DNA of 64,000 bases, taken from assembly GCF_006345805.1 (NCBI RefSeq), contig NC_043002.1:116188001-116252000 (forward strand), read 5' to 3'. Under the pieces are notes generated by a model. It was given only the letters and a program-made list of their open reading frames with translations, was not told the DNA's origin and ran no database searches. Of the stretch, positions 44,791 through 60,375 are shown one piece after another. The first letter of the stretch is position 1; each line of letters begins with the position of its first letter. Position numbers and translations under genes: made by a program. This DNA is from Octopus sinensis (taxonomy: Eukaryota).

Positions 44791-45935
44791 TAAGAATATG
44801 GGCATAAGGTGGTGTTGTGTATGTAATTGTGGTCCATAAAGTTTAGTAAAGTGTCCAGAGAATTATAAAGAAACTGGTAAAATCCACGAAGGAAAAAAAA
44901 GATAACTGCGACGAAGTTGAGAAATCGACAGGAAAAACCTAAAGCTAGATGCGACGTACAGAAAATGGTGGTTTGTGAGAATATTTTTGGGAGATTTGTG
45001 GATGGTGAAGGGAGGGTAACAACAGGATGGTAACACGTTCGCGTATTGTCAGCATGCTGAAGAGTAGGAAGCAGCTAAGCAGACGTGAGAAGTGGAGGGG
45101 AAAGAAGGCGTGATTCACAGTTGTCAATTTAAAGAGACGCATAAGTCAGTGAGTGTACAAGACTCCTCTGGATGCGACGCTAGTCTATCGTAATGTTAAT
45201 TATATTACTGCAGGAACTCATTTCAATTGAGTACACTAGAAAAGCTTGAATTAAAGCGCCTTGCTTAAGGATACAGTAAGCTGCCAGGTGACATTATTGA
45301 ACATAGAGTTCTTGTATCTTTTTTTGCATATTCACGCAAGAGTTCCTAGCCGTTTCTCTGTAGCCGTACGGCTCCCAAATCCCTCGTTGACATTTCTAGA
45401 CCTTCATTATTATATCTTCTGAGTGAAGAGATGGTGTGTGTTGTTCCTTCTTTATTTATTATAGAGGTAATACTCATAACACAATACAACCATCACGCAT
45501 ATGAATAGATTTTAGAAACAAAAAAAGAAGCTTACTTACAATGCGTAAATCTAACGACCGAGAATTAAACTTTCGGTAAAAGTGCCGACACCAGTTCACA
45601 TTCGTAAAAAGGCAGCAACACATGATGACATTACTTATTGAAAACGAGGCTACGAGACTCTAAAAGCGTTGAGGATGTATTTGCAGTAACATTACCGCTT
45701 CAAATAAACTACAAGAAACTATTATGAAGACATGGAAACATCAGGAGAGAAAAGATAAAGCCGAAATACAGGAATATAGTCGTATTTCATGTCCAATACA
45801 TGTCTGAAAGAAATTTCACATATATATATATATAAAGTGTGTAGTGTATTTGTATTTATGTATACACACACACACATATATATATATGTTTATGAATACA
45901 TGCATATATGCTCATATATGTATATATGTATATGA

Positions 45936-45983
<48 letters not shown>

Positions 45984-46041
45984 ATGTATATATATATATG
46001 AGTATATATATATATATGAGTATATATATATATATATATGA

Positions 46042-46081
<40 letters not shown>

Positions 46082-47303
46082 AAGAATGCATACAAGCATA
46101 TAGTGAGAAAAATACAGAGATTGAGAAATTGATATATAGAGCTACAGATAAATCAGGACATGTTTAAAGAAAGGAAGACAGGCACACATGTACAAATAGA
46201 AACTAACCGGTATTACAAGTTCTTCATTAGATATTTGTTTTCTGTTTTCATCTGTGATTTTAATATAGATTGTTTTAGGCTGCACAGCAAATTTCATTAA
46301 TGTAGCTGAGTGTTTACATGTTTATTCTGTTGCATTCACCTGTAGCAATCTCAATAGTGTCCTTTTCTCACTTAATAAAGCACACTGATAACGTTAATAG
46401 GTTCTTCTTCTGAGTGACATCACGGAGTGACACTTAAAATAAATCGCTGAAAGGCTGCACAAGTAATAGCAAGCTGGAAAGAGCATTATGTGAACATATA
46501 TACGCACACAGAGACTTATACACACACATACACACACACGCACACACACACACACACAAGCACGCACAAATATACTCATACACACCTAAACATATAATGA
46601 AAGAAGTCCCTATTTTCGATATCTATATATTTTAATAGAAAAGATGGGCAGGAGTATGTGTTTTTCTGAAAATATCTTGAATCTCTCGGGTAATATTCAT
46701 GAACCGTGAATGTACTTTGAATTCAAGCAAATACCCGAGTTTTGAATCTAAAGCAAACATCAAAACATCGAATGCGGAACTGAAAATGAAAACCGAAAGT
46801 GAAAGCTGAAAGATGATTTCTGTATCATAATAGGATATAATTTTGTATAACAAGCGATCTGTCCTGCGCATTATTTTGGTTTTGAGTATGCAAATTTGCG
46901 AAGTAAATCTTAAAAAAATTGAAGCCCTGTACCCTATTTTAAAATATTGGATTGTGTACAAACCTAATACGTAATGAGAAAAGCGATAGTATTATGCTGA
47001 CTTGGTATGAATTGACGAAATGTATTACGAGTTTCAATTACTAAGATGGAATGAATCAAATAGAAGTAGTGGAACATTTCGAGTGTGGAATTACGCTTGT
47101 TTCCAGAGAAAGTAGGAAGCTGAATATTTTCAAGTGAATTTCATTTAAAATGTAAACATTTTTCTACCTCAAGCATAAAAATTTTCTGAAGAATTTTGGA
47201 ACCTGTTCTATCATTGTTTTGCTCCGTGAAGTGCTTTTGCTAATTCTCCGTAGAAATTGATATTTATTAATGGTTCTGGCGTTGAAAGCATTTTAAAGAT
47301 ACA

Positions 47304-47864
47304 ATGGAGAAAGAACGTACTTTGTGCACGTCGCTAATACCAAAAGTTTCTATGATGCCATCAAGACGATTTGACAACAGGATAATAATAAATGTCAGTG
47401 GTATTCGTTATGAAACTTACAAATCGACGTTAAAAAATATTCCTGATACTCGATTGTCTTGGCTAACTGAGACAACCGCTAGTAACCCTGATTACGATCC
47501 TGTAACAGACGAATTTTTCTTTGATCGTCATCCCGGAGTATTCTCTATGATTCTGAACTATTACAGAACGGGATTTCTTCATGTTCCTACAGATGTATGT
47601 GGTCCACTTTTTGAAAATGAATTAAACTTTTGGGGTCTTGACGAAAAACAAATAGAACCTTGTTGTTGGTCAAATTACCGTGCACACCGAGAAGCCCAGC
47701 AGACTGTCACTGAATTGGATAACGGAGATGAAGATATCCATGAAGACGAAGTACCAAATATATTTGGTATTAGTGATGATGTCAGTGAAAGAACATTTTG
47801 GCAAAACTGGAAACCAAAAATTTGGAGAATAATGGAATATCCCAATTCTTCTATACCAGCTAAA
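47304..47864 (+). CDS. Shaw: Shaw/Kv3 (KCNC-like) voltage-gated potassium channel, first coding exon (T1 tetramerisation domain to pre-S1)
   Basis: [67 protein letters not shown], Zn site H-x5-C-x20-[21 protein letters not shown]. In-frame TGA upstream at 47283; phase-0 donor AAA|GTAAGA at 47865. The S1-S6 exons were not found in the window. Confidence 0.95.
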
Positions 47865-48199
47865 GTAAGATAATTTTCTATTTTTAACAACTTCACATTT
47901 TTTTTTGCTTCATTAATGAAAGTTCTATGTTTTTGCAGCTCAGTGTTTGTCACAAATTAATTGGAATTAAAATCACCAAAGCTGTATATTTCTGATATTT
48001 ACAACCAGTTTATGACAGTTTTGTTTTGAGTTTGTACTTTACGAAATACCTTTAATGTTCATCAAAAGCCGGGTATGTGTTAGACTTTTGTATTACCTTA
48101 CGACCGTGTGTCTTATATTGCAATTATATATAATTCCAATATAATTTAATTAGATTATAATTTAGCAAATATGCTTTATCAAAATTATATAAATACGTG

Positions 48200-49195
<996 letters not shown>

Positions 49196-50913
49196 ATATA
49201 TGTATAATTTATAAGATTAAATAAATTACCAAAATTATTTATCTAAATATTTTCAACCACGTTAATGGAGATTTTGTTTTTTGCTTTGATAATATTAGAA
49301 TTTCTTAATTAAACGTTTATCATTCCAGTTACAGTGTGTGCTGATCATTCGTAATGTGTTTAAGTGAACAGACTCCTTAGTATATGGAGTTAAGCTTGCA
49401 GTCTTTGGAGATAATTTCAGCTTTAGAATCTGAATGTTACCGTTAAATGTCAAGAAGGTATTGAATAACTAATCGATATCTTACAAGAATCAGTTATCTT
49501 ATAAAATCTGTCTTAACCCCCTTAAATGTAATGCAATTTAAAGAAGCTTCCGCTGAAGGAGATTTGATACCGACTCGGTTAGATTAATGGCTTGCCAATC
49601 ATGTCCTTTTTTAAAAAAAAATATTTTGTTACGTGGCCGGGATAATGTTTAGTTTGTAAAGCAGTATATTTGTAGTTGAAGAGAAAAATAGATTGAGTGG
49701 GAATTGCAGAGGGATGCAGAAGGATTGTGTGAATTGCAAAGCAAAGAATATGAGATCGAGAAATAATGGGGTTGAGAGACAAAAGAGGAATAAAAAATGA
49801 GTTTAAGTGATTGTGTTTTAAACTGTTAACAGCCACATTAACTGATGTTGTTATTGTAGCTGTAGAAGTTTGAGAAAGAAACTGCATCGCATTAGTGGAC
49901 AAACCTCACAACAGATCCAACCTCTCAAACAATTTCCTTTTTTTTTAGTTTGAAGACCAGTGTGGTATTTCATAATATATATATATAGATTAAGTTTTCA
50001 TTTAACTTTTTAGCCTCAAATATTCTTTAGCAGTAACTGTCAACGCTGAAGATGATAGTGAAGGTGATGAAGCATAGAGAACTGGTACAGTGAGGATTAC
50101 TGCAACTACATCCACAAGGCTTAGTTGAGAATGATAAAGCGATCCAAGAAAACATGTTAGTACTTATAAGTTAAATATAAGGATTTGTATCTGATAAAAA
50201 GAAATTTGGCTGCATTATAAAGACCTAGGTAGTGGGAGCTTAGAAATCGAATTGTATCGAATATGCGAATCGACTCTATAAACAATCCCAATAGTGATAG
50301 GTACTACAAGACCAATAAATACAACAATACATGAACAAGTGAAATTACAGATATAAAACAGCTATGCACACGGAAACAGAGCAATACGAGCCGTATCGAA
50401 AGCAAGTTATTAAAAAACAGAAATAGGATATCCTTCATAGCAAAACAGCAACTAAAAACTGTTCTTTGCCAAGTTAATCCTTGTAAAGATATATAGAATT
50501 AGTTATCGTTAAGAGAAAGTAAAAAACCCGATACGAAAACGATACAAAAACATACATTCAAACTGAATATGAAAAAAATCTACAGAAAATGAAGAAACAA
50601 GGAACTAAATGCTGAGACATAGCAACCACTCTCAGAGGTTGTTTTTTGAAAAATTAAGAAGTTTCATATGTGTTTCTTGCCGTACGTTCTTCTGGGATCT
50701 CAACTAAAAAGATGTTTTTATATTTTTTGAAGATATCCACATCCAAAGCGTAAGTTTGAAGATATGGAAGAGTTGTAAATATTTGACTCCTAAGCTGTTA
50801 CAATATCTGGTGCTAATTCGAGACGGGAGTAATTTTGGCACTATTGTGGTATCCACTTCAGAGACTGGTATAGCGTTCAGTTTCAGAATTTTGTGATAGA
50901 CCCTTTGGGAACT

Positions 50914-50973
50914 TACATACATACATACACACACACACACATAATATATACATACATACATACATTCATACAT

Positions 50974-51004
<31 letters not shown>

Positions 51005-51068
51005 TAATATATACATACATACATACATACATACATACATTCATACATACATACATACATACATACAT

Positions 51069-51099
<31 letters not shown>

Positions 51100-51779
51100 T
51101 AATATATACATACATACATACATACATACATACATACATACATACATACATACATACATACATGCATAGATACATACATACATACATACATGCATAGATA
51201 CATACATACATACATTCATACATACATACATACACACATACATACATACATACATACATACATACATACATGCATAGATACATACATACATACATGCATA
51301 GATACATACATACATACATACATACTTACACGCATACATACATACATACATACATACATACATACATACATACATACATACATACATACATGCATAGATA
51401 CATACAGACATACATACATACATACATACATACATACATACATACATGCATAGATACATACACACATACTTACACGCATAGATACATACATACATACATT
51501 CATACATACATACATACACACATACATACATACATACATACATACATACATGCATAGATACATACATACATACATACATGCATAGATACATACATACATA
51601 CATACATACATACTTACACGCATACATACATACATACATACATACATACATACATACATACATACATACATACATACATGCATAGATACATACAGACATA
51701 CATACATACATACATACATACATACATACATGCATAGATACATACATACATACTTACACGCATACATACATACATACAT

Positions 51780-51816
<37 letters not shown>

Positions 51817-52064
51817 TACACACATACACACATACACACATACACACATACATACATACATACATACATACATACACACATACATACATACATACATACA
51901 TACATACATACATACACACATACATACACACATACATACACACATACATGCATGCATACATACATACATACCTACATACATACATACATACATACATACA
52001 TACATACATACATACACACATACATACATTCATACATACATACATACATACATACATACATACA

Positions 52065-52095
<31 letters not shown>
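50914..52095 (+). repeat. (CATA)n array with higher-order structure
   Basis: Variant CTTACACG recurs at 51325, 51469, 51613 and 51753. Confidence 0.95.
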
Positions 52096-52097
<2 letters not shown>

Positions 52098-52301
52098 GAC
52101 GTCATTTGGAGCTTGTAGTGCTTTTATATATAAAGTCTGTAGGGAGAAATGTTCTTCGAAGTAAAACCTTTCAACTGATGCCATCCACATTCGAGTGTGC
52201 AGGAATATGTTAAAAATAAACGCATGCACCATTTTGTTTCTCGTGCTTTGTTTGCTTGTACTGAAAAAAATATACACACACACATACATATAAATAATAT
52301 A

Positions 52302-52376
<75 letters not shown>

Positions 52377-55324
52377 CATATATCAATGATATATTATACT
52401 ATATATATATATATATATATACATACATACATACATACACACACAGGCACATACATATGTACATGCACACAATCACGCATACACATGTATGTATAAAACA
52501 TCCATCCACCCCCACGAAAAGGAACAAAATATCTGCACGCCTGTATTCTGAAAACTTTTAAAGGAGAAATGGCTTGCCAGATGAATAAAAGCGTTCTAGA
52601 TGATCTTAGGGAGGTAATCCCTAAACTTAAGTCTTAAACACTATGTCAATAGAGAAAAGAAATAAAAATGTCATTTGATAAATTTTTTTTTATCACTTAT
52701 GTATACAGTCAACCAAAACACCATAGAGTTGTAAGCTACTAGGAAAGCAACATCTGCATAAAAGGTGCATTAAACGAGGGTGATATTGGTCCGGGGTGAA
52801 ATGTTATTATTTGAATCCACCATCTTTATCATGCATAGTCTAGAGGTTTAACAACATTAATTGGAAAGTATCTATAGTAATGAAACTCTAAAATTATTTA
52901 CGAAACAACGGGTGTACTATCATAAATCAAATAACACGGACAACTGAAACCAAGATATTTATAATTTGAAGCCTCGTCCTATTGTAAAAAATTGCTAAAA
53001 TTACTGCAGTTTTATTGGGAAAAGTAGTGTCAAAACATAATGAACACACCATAGTTTGAAGTTCAATATGTAATTTGAATATAACATTTAGCATTAAATT
53101 TTAATTTTGAACATTTAATCATATGACCAAACTCAGGCACTTCAGTGATCTGCATTTTGAAATATTATGTCAAAATATCAGTTTATGTTTCAAATTATTT
53201 CTATCCTAATCTACTCGACTACAAATATATATAAATACCAGATATCGTTGGATCAATTAAAAAAGAAACAAAAACACTTATAAACATTTACATATACAAG
53301 TAAAAGTATTACACAGATCTGAGTCACTTTGAAGTGTATTTTGTGGTGCAGTGATAAAAATCTGTATTAAGAAAATAATGAAAATATAGTTACAACAACA
53401 AGCAACAGAATCATCAAGAACATTTCGAAGATTATAACTGTTTGGATAATCTTCTTGTAAGATAAAAATGTGTATTTATGTATGTAATGCATGTCTGTGT
53501 GTATGTTTGTGTGAGCATGTGTGCGTATAAGTTGTGATTGGTATTTTAATTCGAACAATCAAGTATTTGTAAATGTGGTTACCAATGTGCCTGCGAGATA
53601 GTTGCTTATAGTGATCTCGCACATCACTTTATATCATTAAACCATCTAAATAGCGTAATACTTGTAATATCTATAAAAAAGTATTAAAATTAACAAGTAT
53701 ATTTAAATACAAAAAGAGAAGAATTAAGGAAAATACGACCGTAATTTATTGATAAATTTCACAAAGAATAGTTTTCATAACTATTTATGTTCTCTATAAT
53801 GTCCATTAGCTCCAATCAAACCATTCACCTGATAGGATATTTTATCTTCCATTGGCTTTTATAATTTTATATTCTGGCGCTGAATTGCTTATTTTGGCAT
53901 TTCTTTATGTCTCTTTCGAAGCTTTGACATTTTTGTACATTAGTATTTTATTATAGCTTTTTATTCAGACACATTTTAACTGTAGTTTGAGTTTAGATGT
54001 CTATACGTTGCAGCTTTTTGCGTTCTTTTATTATAAATATCTAGCCTTTCTATTTTCATGCCATATTTTATCATTGTGAAAGTTAAGTTCCAAGTGAGTG
54101 GATCAGAATAGACATCATTTTCAGAATTCAACTTTCATATTCAGTTCCGTTTGTTCGATTGTATTGACTATCATCTCACAATTGCCGTCCATTAAGTTAC
54201 CCTATCACCTGCATTTGAAGTGAAGATTCTTACAACTGTCAAAGAAACATGTTCAACCTCAGTTTTGCTTTCATAATATTTCTTTCCAACACTGACAAAT
54301 TCACAAATAACAGAATATCCTTTATGCTCGTAACTCTTAGTAAAGCTATACAATTACATATGCGCAGGTAATTACTTTTAAATAAATATTATTCACGCAT
54401 TCACATAGATATGCCTTCACGAATTAATTTTCAAAAAAATTGTTTATGTGTAAGATCGGTTAATTTGCATTAATGTTATATAATCATGTATTTTACGGCA
54501 ATAGCATTAGTTATTTTAAATATATTTTAGATTATATATTTTAGAAAATATATTTTTAGGCTATAATGTTATCTATAAAGCAAATATTATTTAATGAATT
54601 TGATATTTAATGTTAGACTGCCAAACATGCTTTGAAGTGGTTATTATATAAATATGCTAAAAACAGCGTTGGTAATAATTTATATACCAACTTAATTGAT
54701 TTAATGAAATAGAAACGCCTACAATGTCTGTCTTAAAGTATTGGGAACATTTCTGTCTTCGAGCTGGCATGCTGACGACACAGCTGAATTTAGTAACATT
54801 TTCTGCTAAAATATGAATGGAATTTGGTCAAAAGAAATATTCATATTTGACAGCTGAAAACGAAAAAAAGACTATTTCCAAAATTTTGCATCACTGGTCT
54901 CTCGATCTCCCTTATTCCACACAATCTGTGCTGCAAATATCTATGTATTGATGAAACTATATCTTACAATGATGCTACGAAACAAAGAATATTAAAATAT
55001 CAGAATTGAAAAAATATGGCATTCACAGCTTTACTGTAAATTTTTGTACAAATTCAAAAATTGACTGGTTTATAGAGGAAATCCATTCCATAGAATTTTA
55101 AAAGCCGAAATATCTTGACATCATTGTAAACTTCCATAGAAACGGTGATATTTATAAACTCTATCTCGAATGAAAAAAGGAAAGAAAAGGCTAAAGATCA
55201 GTGCAGAAGTCTTTGAGTATTATTCAGACAACATCAGCTAAACAATAAAAATAAGATATCAACATCTTACAGGTCGGTAATGAGTCCCTAAAGAAGTACG
55301 TACTTTCCTGATAACCTTCTATAC

Positions 55325-55522
55325 GAACCAAGGCCAGCGATTTCGGGGGAGAGATAGGTTGATTAAATCGACCCCAGTACTCAAATGGAACTTATTTTAT
55401 CAATCCCGAAAGGATGAATGGCAAAGTCAACCTCGGCGGAATTTGAACTCAGAATCTAAAGTCGATCGAAACGCCGCTAAGCATTTTGCCCGGCGTGCTA
55501 ACGGTTCTGCCAAATCGCCACC
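55325..55522 (-). mobile_element. SINE family A
   Basis: Reverse complement of the 43797 family. Confidence 0.85.
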
Positions 55523-55839
55523 TTGGGTTAAGGTAATATTAATATGAAGTGTAGTCTCTGTCGGACTCGTAACTGTTACATCACGTCACACATACTCATA
55601 CGCACACATACACAGACACACACACAGACACAGACACACACACACAAGCACATTACATGTAAATATATATATATATGCATACGTAATACGTATAAATATT
55701 ATATACATATATACATATGTATACACACACACATATATATTCATAGAATTTTAAATTATATATGCATATGTGTATATATACTTACATACTACACACACAT
55801 ACATCCATACATCACTCATCATCCTCACTCAGTGTCATC

Positions 55840-56590
55840 AGCTGTTAGCAGTTTGAATATCAAGTATCTCCATTCGTGTCTTTTCTCTGCCATTCTTAAA
55901 CATTCATCATACGATAGTTCGGTCCAGTACTTGATGTTATTAAATCAATTTATTCTAGTTCTTCCTCACGAGCGTTTTCCATTTATCTTTCTTTCTAGTA
56001 AATAGTTTTTCTATACCTTGTGCTCTTACTATGTGACCAAAATACTTTAGCTTCTTTTGTTTAATAACTGAGAATAATGATCTTTTTGCATTTGCTAGTC
56101 CATTAGGTTTATGTTTCTTCCAAGATATTCTTAACAATTCTTCTCTGTCTTCATTTGAAAAAGTTACTAGTTTGTCAAATACAGTTTTCGTCAATGTCCA
56201 TGTTTCTACCCCATATGTCGCATTTACACGGCCTGTTTTTGCTTGTTTTTTGCCAGTATATTATTTGATGTTAAAGCTTTTGACATATTTTCGAATGTTT
56301 TCTTGCAATTTCTATTTTCGTCTAATTTCAGTTTTACTTTTACCATTTTCACATTACATAAAGCCAAGAGATACTATATTTAAAATTTGTTCTATTGGTA
56401 TTCCATTTATGATTATATTGAAGGTGGGAGGTGTCTGTTTCTTACTGAGTGCCATAGTTTTCGTCTTTTTGGTGTGTATTTCTATTCCGTATGGATCTCC
56501 CTTTCCATTAATTGCATCGGTCATTTGCTGTAACTCATTTGTACTCACTGTTAATAATGTAGTCTCATTTGCATATCGGTTGTTGTGATT
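55840..56590 (-). mobile_element. RTE LINE, RT 3' fragment
   Basis: NNRYANETTLL (decayed NLRYADDT), KKTKTM, KKLKYFGHIVR. Confidence 0.75.
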
Positions 56591-56602
56591 AATTCCCGGT
56601 AT

Positions 56603-56990
56603 AGGCGCAGGAGTGGCTGTGTAGTAAGTAGCTTGCTTACCAACCACATGGTTTCAGGTCCAGTCCCATTGCGTGGCACCTTGGGCAAGTGTCTTCGACT
56701 ATAGCCTCGGGCCGACCAAAGCCTTGTGAGTGGATTTGGTAGACAGAAACTGAAAGAAGCTCATCGTATATATGTATATGTATATATATATGTGTGTGTT
56801 TGTCTCCCCCAGCATCGCTTGACACCCGATGCTGGTATGTTTACGTCCTCGTAACTTAGCGGTTCGGCAAAAGAGACCGATAGAATAAGTACTAGGCTTA
56901 CAAAGAATAAGTCCCGGGGTCGATTTGCTCGACTAAAGGCGGTGCTCCAGTATGGCCGCAGTCAAATGACTGAAACAAGTAAGAGAGAGA
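56603..56990 (+). mobile_element. Full-length SINE family B
   Basis: GGCGCAGGAGTGGCTGTGTAGTAAG head, CORE-like CACCTTGGGCAAGTG, internal (TA)/(TG), tail CAGTATGGCCGCAGTCAAATGACTGAAACAAG. Confidence 0.9.
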
Positions 56991-57269
56991 TATATAATAA
57001 AGGAACAAAAATGGACAACTTAAATTTTTGCTACATGTGTCTCCATAACGTAGTCATTTATTCAATAATGTATAATAATACATAATATTATGTTACTCTG
57101 CTACGTAACAACACAATTTCATCAGGCGATATAGAGGACTTGACTGTTCATTTTTTAAATAAGTTATTTCATTAAAATTTTAAAATTCCGAAACTGATAA
57201 TTCTGCTTAAAAAAACAACAAAAAAACGAACACCAATATTACCAATAGAAAAAAGAATTATGTCTTGAA

Positions 57270-57715
57270 AAGTTATCTTGGGCTGGAATGAAACCATTAG
57301 ACTGGAAGGTGGCCACGGACTTGGAAAGACAAGTAATATTTCCACTAATAACAACGACAAAAAGACCAGATTTAGTCCTATGGAACAGAGACCGGAGAAT
57401 AGGAATTTTACTAGAACTGACAGTACCTTGGGAAGAGAACATCAGCAATGCAGAGGAACGAAAGGAGAAGAGGTATGAAAAGCTAATCGAAGAATTCAGA
57501 GAACAGGGATGGAATGTCGAATATTATCACCTGGCAGTGGGGCTAGAGGCTTCATTGAAAGGAAAATGACAACGCTTTTCAAAAGAAGATTTGTGTTTTT
57601 CTAGCTCCGAGCTGCGAAAACTAATAAGGAGAGTACAGGAGGCGGTCGAAAAAGCCAGCTTCTATATATATGGCCGAAGTAGGAAGACCAAAAATGGCTT
57701 GAAAGTCATAACATG
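57270..57715 (+). mobile_element. HERO-like RLE retrotransposon, endonuclease end
   Basis: DWKVATDL..VIFP..TTKRPDLVLWN...LLELTVPWEENISNAEERKEKRYEKL..EQGW...AVG.RGF. Confidence 0.85.
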
Positions 57716-57847
57716 CCGGCGGGAAATAACATTATTAGGTGAGACCAGCTGACACTGAATCAGTTTCGCTGACTGACAGGTGCCAGTCATTTAGAGAATG
57801 CGCGGGCTAAAACTACGCACCTTCACTAGTCAGTTAAGGTGAGACAG

Positions 57848-57930
57848 TGTCACGTGACAACTTGCTGGGGCTGCCTGCTGGAGCCTCGTGGCAGGTATTT
57901 AAAGGGAAAAATTTGACAAGTCAGTCAGTC
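57848..57930 (+). promoter_or_regulatory. Candidate Pol II core promoter (E-box, TATA-like, Inr)
   Basis: Palindrome TGTCACGTGACA 57848-57859; TATTTAAAG at 57896; TCAGT at 57921. Confidence 0.4.
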
Positions 57931-58274
57931 ACCGGCTGACACTCGTTAACGATACATCGAAGAGGCCAGGGAACAGAAGAAAGAAGAAGAAAGAAGACAT
58001 GCACCCAACACCAGAGCTGAAGACACCTCCGAAAGGGGGTGGGGCCCGCCACGTCAAAACGGTAGAGGAGTAGGGGCCGAAACCGGAGGTGGTTCCTCCT
58101 TGAGCTAACTGGATCCTATAAAGGAGCTGTTGTGGTAGCAGACCACGAAACACGGTTGTAATTCCTAGTATTTCTCTTACTTTCTCGTTTTTCTTTCTTT
58201 CATTTTTATGAAAATTGGAGGAAACTGGATTTCATTTTTTTCTTTACCACATCTTTATTTTTTTTTATTAGTAA

Positions 58275-58540
58275 TCTATTATATAAAATCCGTTCTGTCT
58301 GTGTGTGTGTGTCTTCTATGATCTCGGGTATCCTCCATCCGATTGCGCTCAAATTTGATTTGTAGATACCGACGGTATCAGGGCGTGTATAAGTCTTGTA
58401 GAAATTACAAAAATCGATTCCAGGTGAGAATGCGATCTATAAAGCCGTGGGAACGTGCATTTTCACGCGCAGTAAAATCGTTTTTCTTAGGAATAGAAAA
58501 AAGTCTATCTTTATTTCTCCTTTTGCTGGTGTCTCAGATT
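58275..58540 (+). mobile_element. Helitron-like 5' fragment
   Basis: A|TCTATTATATAAAA followed by (GTCT)/(GT), as in the 16793 Helitron start; no 3' CTAG seen. Confidence 0.55.
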
Positions 58541-59274
58541 TAGGTTAAATCAGTGTTTCTCAAAGGGGAGGACTATGGGACGGTCGGACAAGCTGTTTTG
58601 AGAAAATTTGGTTTAAATGTTTGACAACTCAGCACCGTCCATTGAACGGGGGGGGGTGGTGTTTTGCTCGTTTTGTATAAGACCGAGAGCTTTTTGGTTC
58701 AGTCTATACATACATATATGTATATACATTATTTGCGTGCGTACATGAGTGTATGCGTATATATATTTATGTACGTATGTGCATGTGTGTGTAGTGTGTA
58801 TCAGTGGTCAATGTGCATACATGTGTGCGAATTCGGGCATCCACGCATGCTCATACGTACACGCAGTCATAAATAAAATATTTTATTAGACTCAGCACAA
58901 ATTTCTTTAACATATAACTTTTCATTTTTCATTTTTCACATGATCTCGTTGACCCGTCATCAGTGACAATCCACATGTCGAATATGAAACAATACGGATT
59001 TTGACTTTGAGCGTCAGACAGAAACTAGATAAAAAGATTTAAGAAGCATTTCATTCAATTTAAGAACATTTGAAAAATTGTCTTTTATACGGTTTAAATT
59101 TGCTAAGGGGTGCAAAGACATGTCCAACCCAGACACTTGCCCAAGGTGCCCGGCAGTGTAATCGAAGCCAGAATCATGGAGGTGCGAACTTCTCAATACA
59201 ATGCCATCATGCTTGTGCCCCTCTCCCCATTTTATCTCGTTATACACACACGCACACACGCACGCGCACACACA

Positions 59275-59331
<57 letters not shown>

Positions 59332-60375
59332 GCAAGCTAATTTGGAAATCAAAGTTAACAGTATAAAGTAAGTGGTCAATACTGAGCAGTAAACTTCTTT
59401 ACGACATAGAGAAAACTAGATGTGAACTTTGCCCGGAGGAGTCATTGTTAATACTTATGCCAGAGTAAAACATTCCGAATAAGAGGCAAGAACTAGCAGC
59501 AAGATGTAAACAAATTTAGAACAAAACATTTTCATCATTCTCTCGATAATTAATCATGTGAACAAATAAAAGGATATGATAACACCTGTACACCTTCCTA
59601 GTCAAAATTAGAGATAATGCATATTTAAATTAATTGATGCTTGTCAATTTTCTTAATTGCTTGAATTATAGATTTCCTTTCCTTGCTTCTTCTCTCTGTT
59701 TATTTGATGATAGGAAGATATCTTTTTCACTTTTTATTTCTTACGTTTCATATATCCATTCCCTTAGTTTTCTTTTTTATTTTCCTTTTGTTTTTGTTGC
59801 TTTTGTTTTGCCTTGCTTTTATTTGATTTTGTTTTGGGTTTATCTTCTTCCCTTAGCATTTGTCTAATTTACTCTACCACCCTATTCAAGAATTATATCT
59901 TAGCGGCCTATTATTGTAGTGGTACCAATGATACCCAGTCCTATAATTTAGGATTAAGTGTAGTCTTAGTCATATTGTAGTTTTAACTGTAATAGTTTAT
60001 TAATCTATAGTCCCCGAGTGCTTGTTCTAACTATTTCTGCAAACTGTTTTGTATTTATATGAATACCTGGAAACTAATTAGATTGATGCTGATACTTCAG
60101 GTTTAAAATAATTAGCAATGCTGTTGGTACCTTTTGGTTTGTATATTTGTAAATACTTCCTCCGCTCATAGTTTCCAAAACAAATATAGTAGTACTCGCC
60201 AAAAGCCTGCCACTGACCATAAAGGGGTTGTGGGTGTCAAATTTCTTTTTTCCAACCTGGCACACATCTAATCCTCATTTTATAGCGCTAATTATAATTA
60301 CTATTATTATTCATTAATTTATCTAGGTACCCACTCAGTATCGTTTATTCCATGCAATATGTTATAGTAAACTTA

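Noticed and set aside
58017-58060. Possible hammerhead at CTGAAGA-CACCTCC-GAAA-GGGGGTG
   Set aside because: The required GAAA after stem II is absent (reads GGGC), and I could not form stems I and III.
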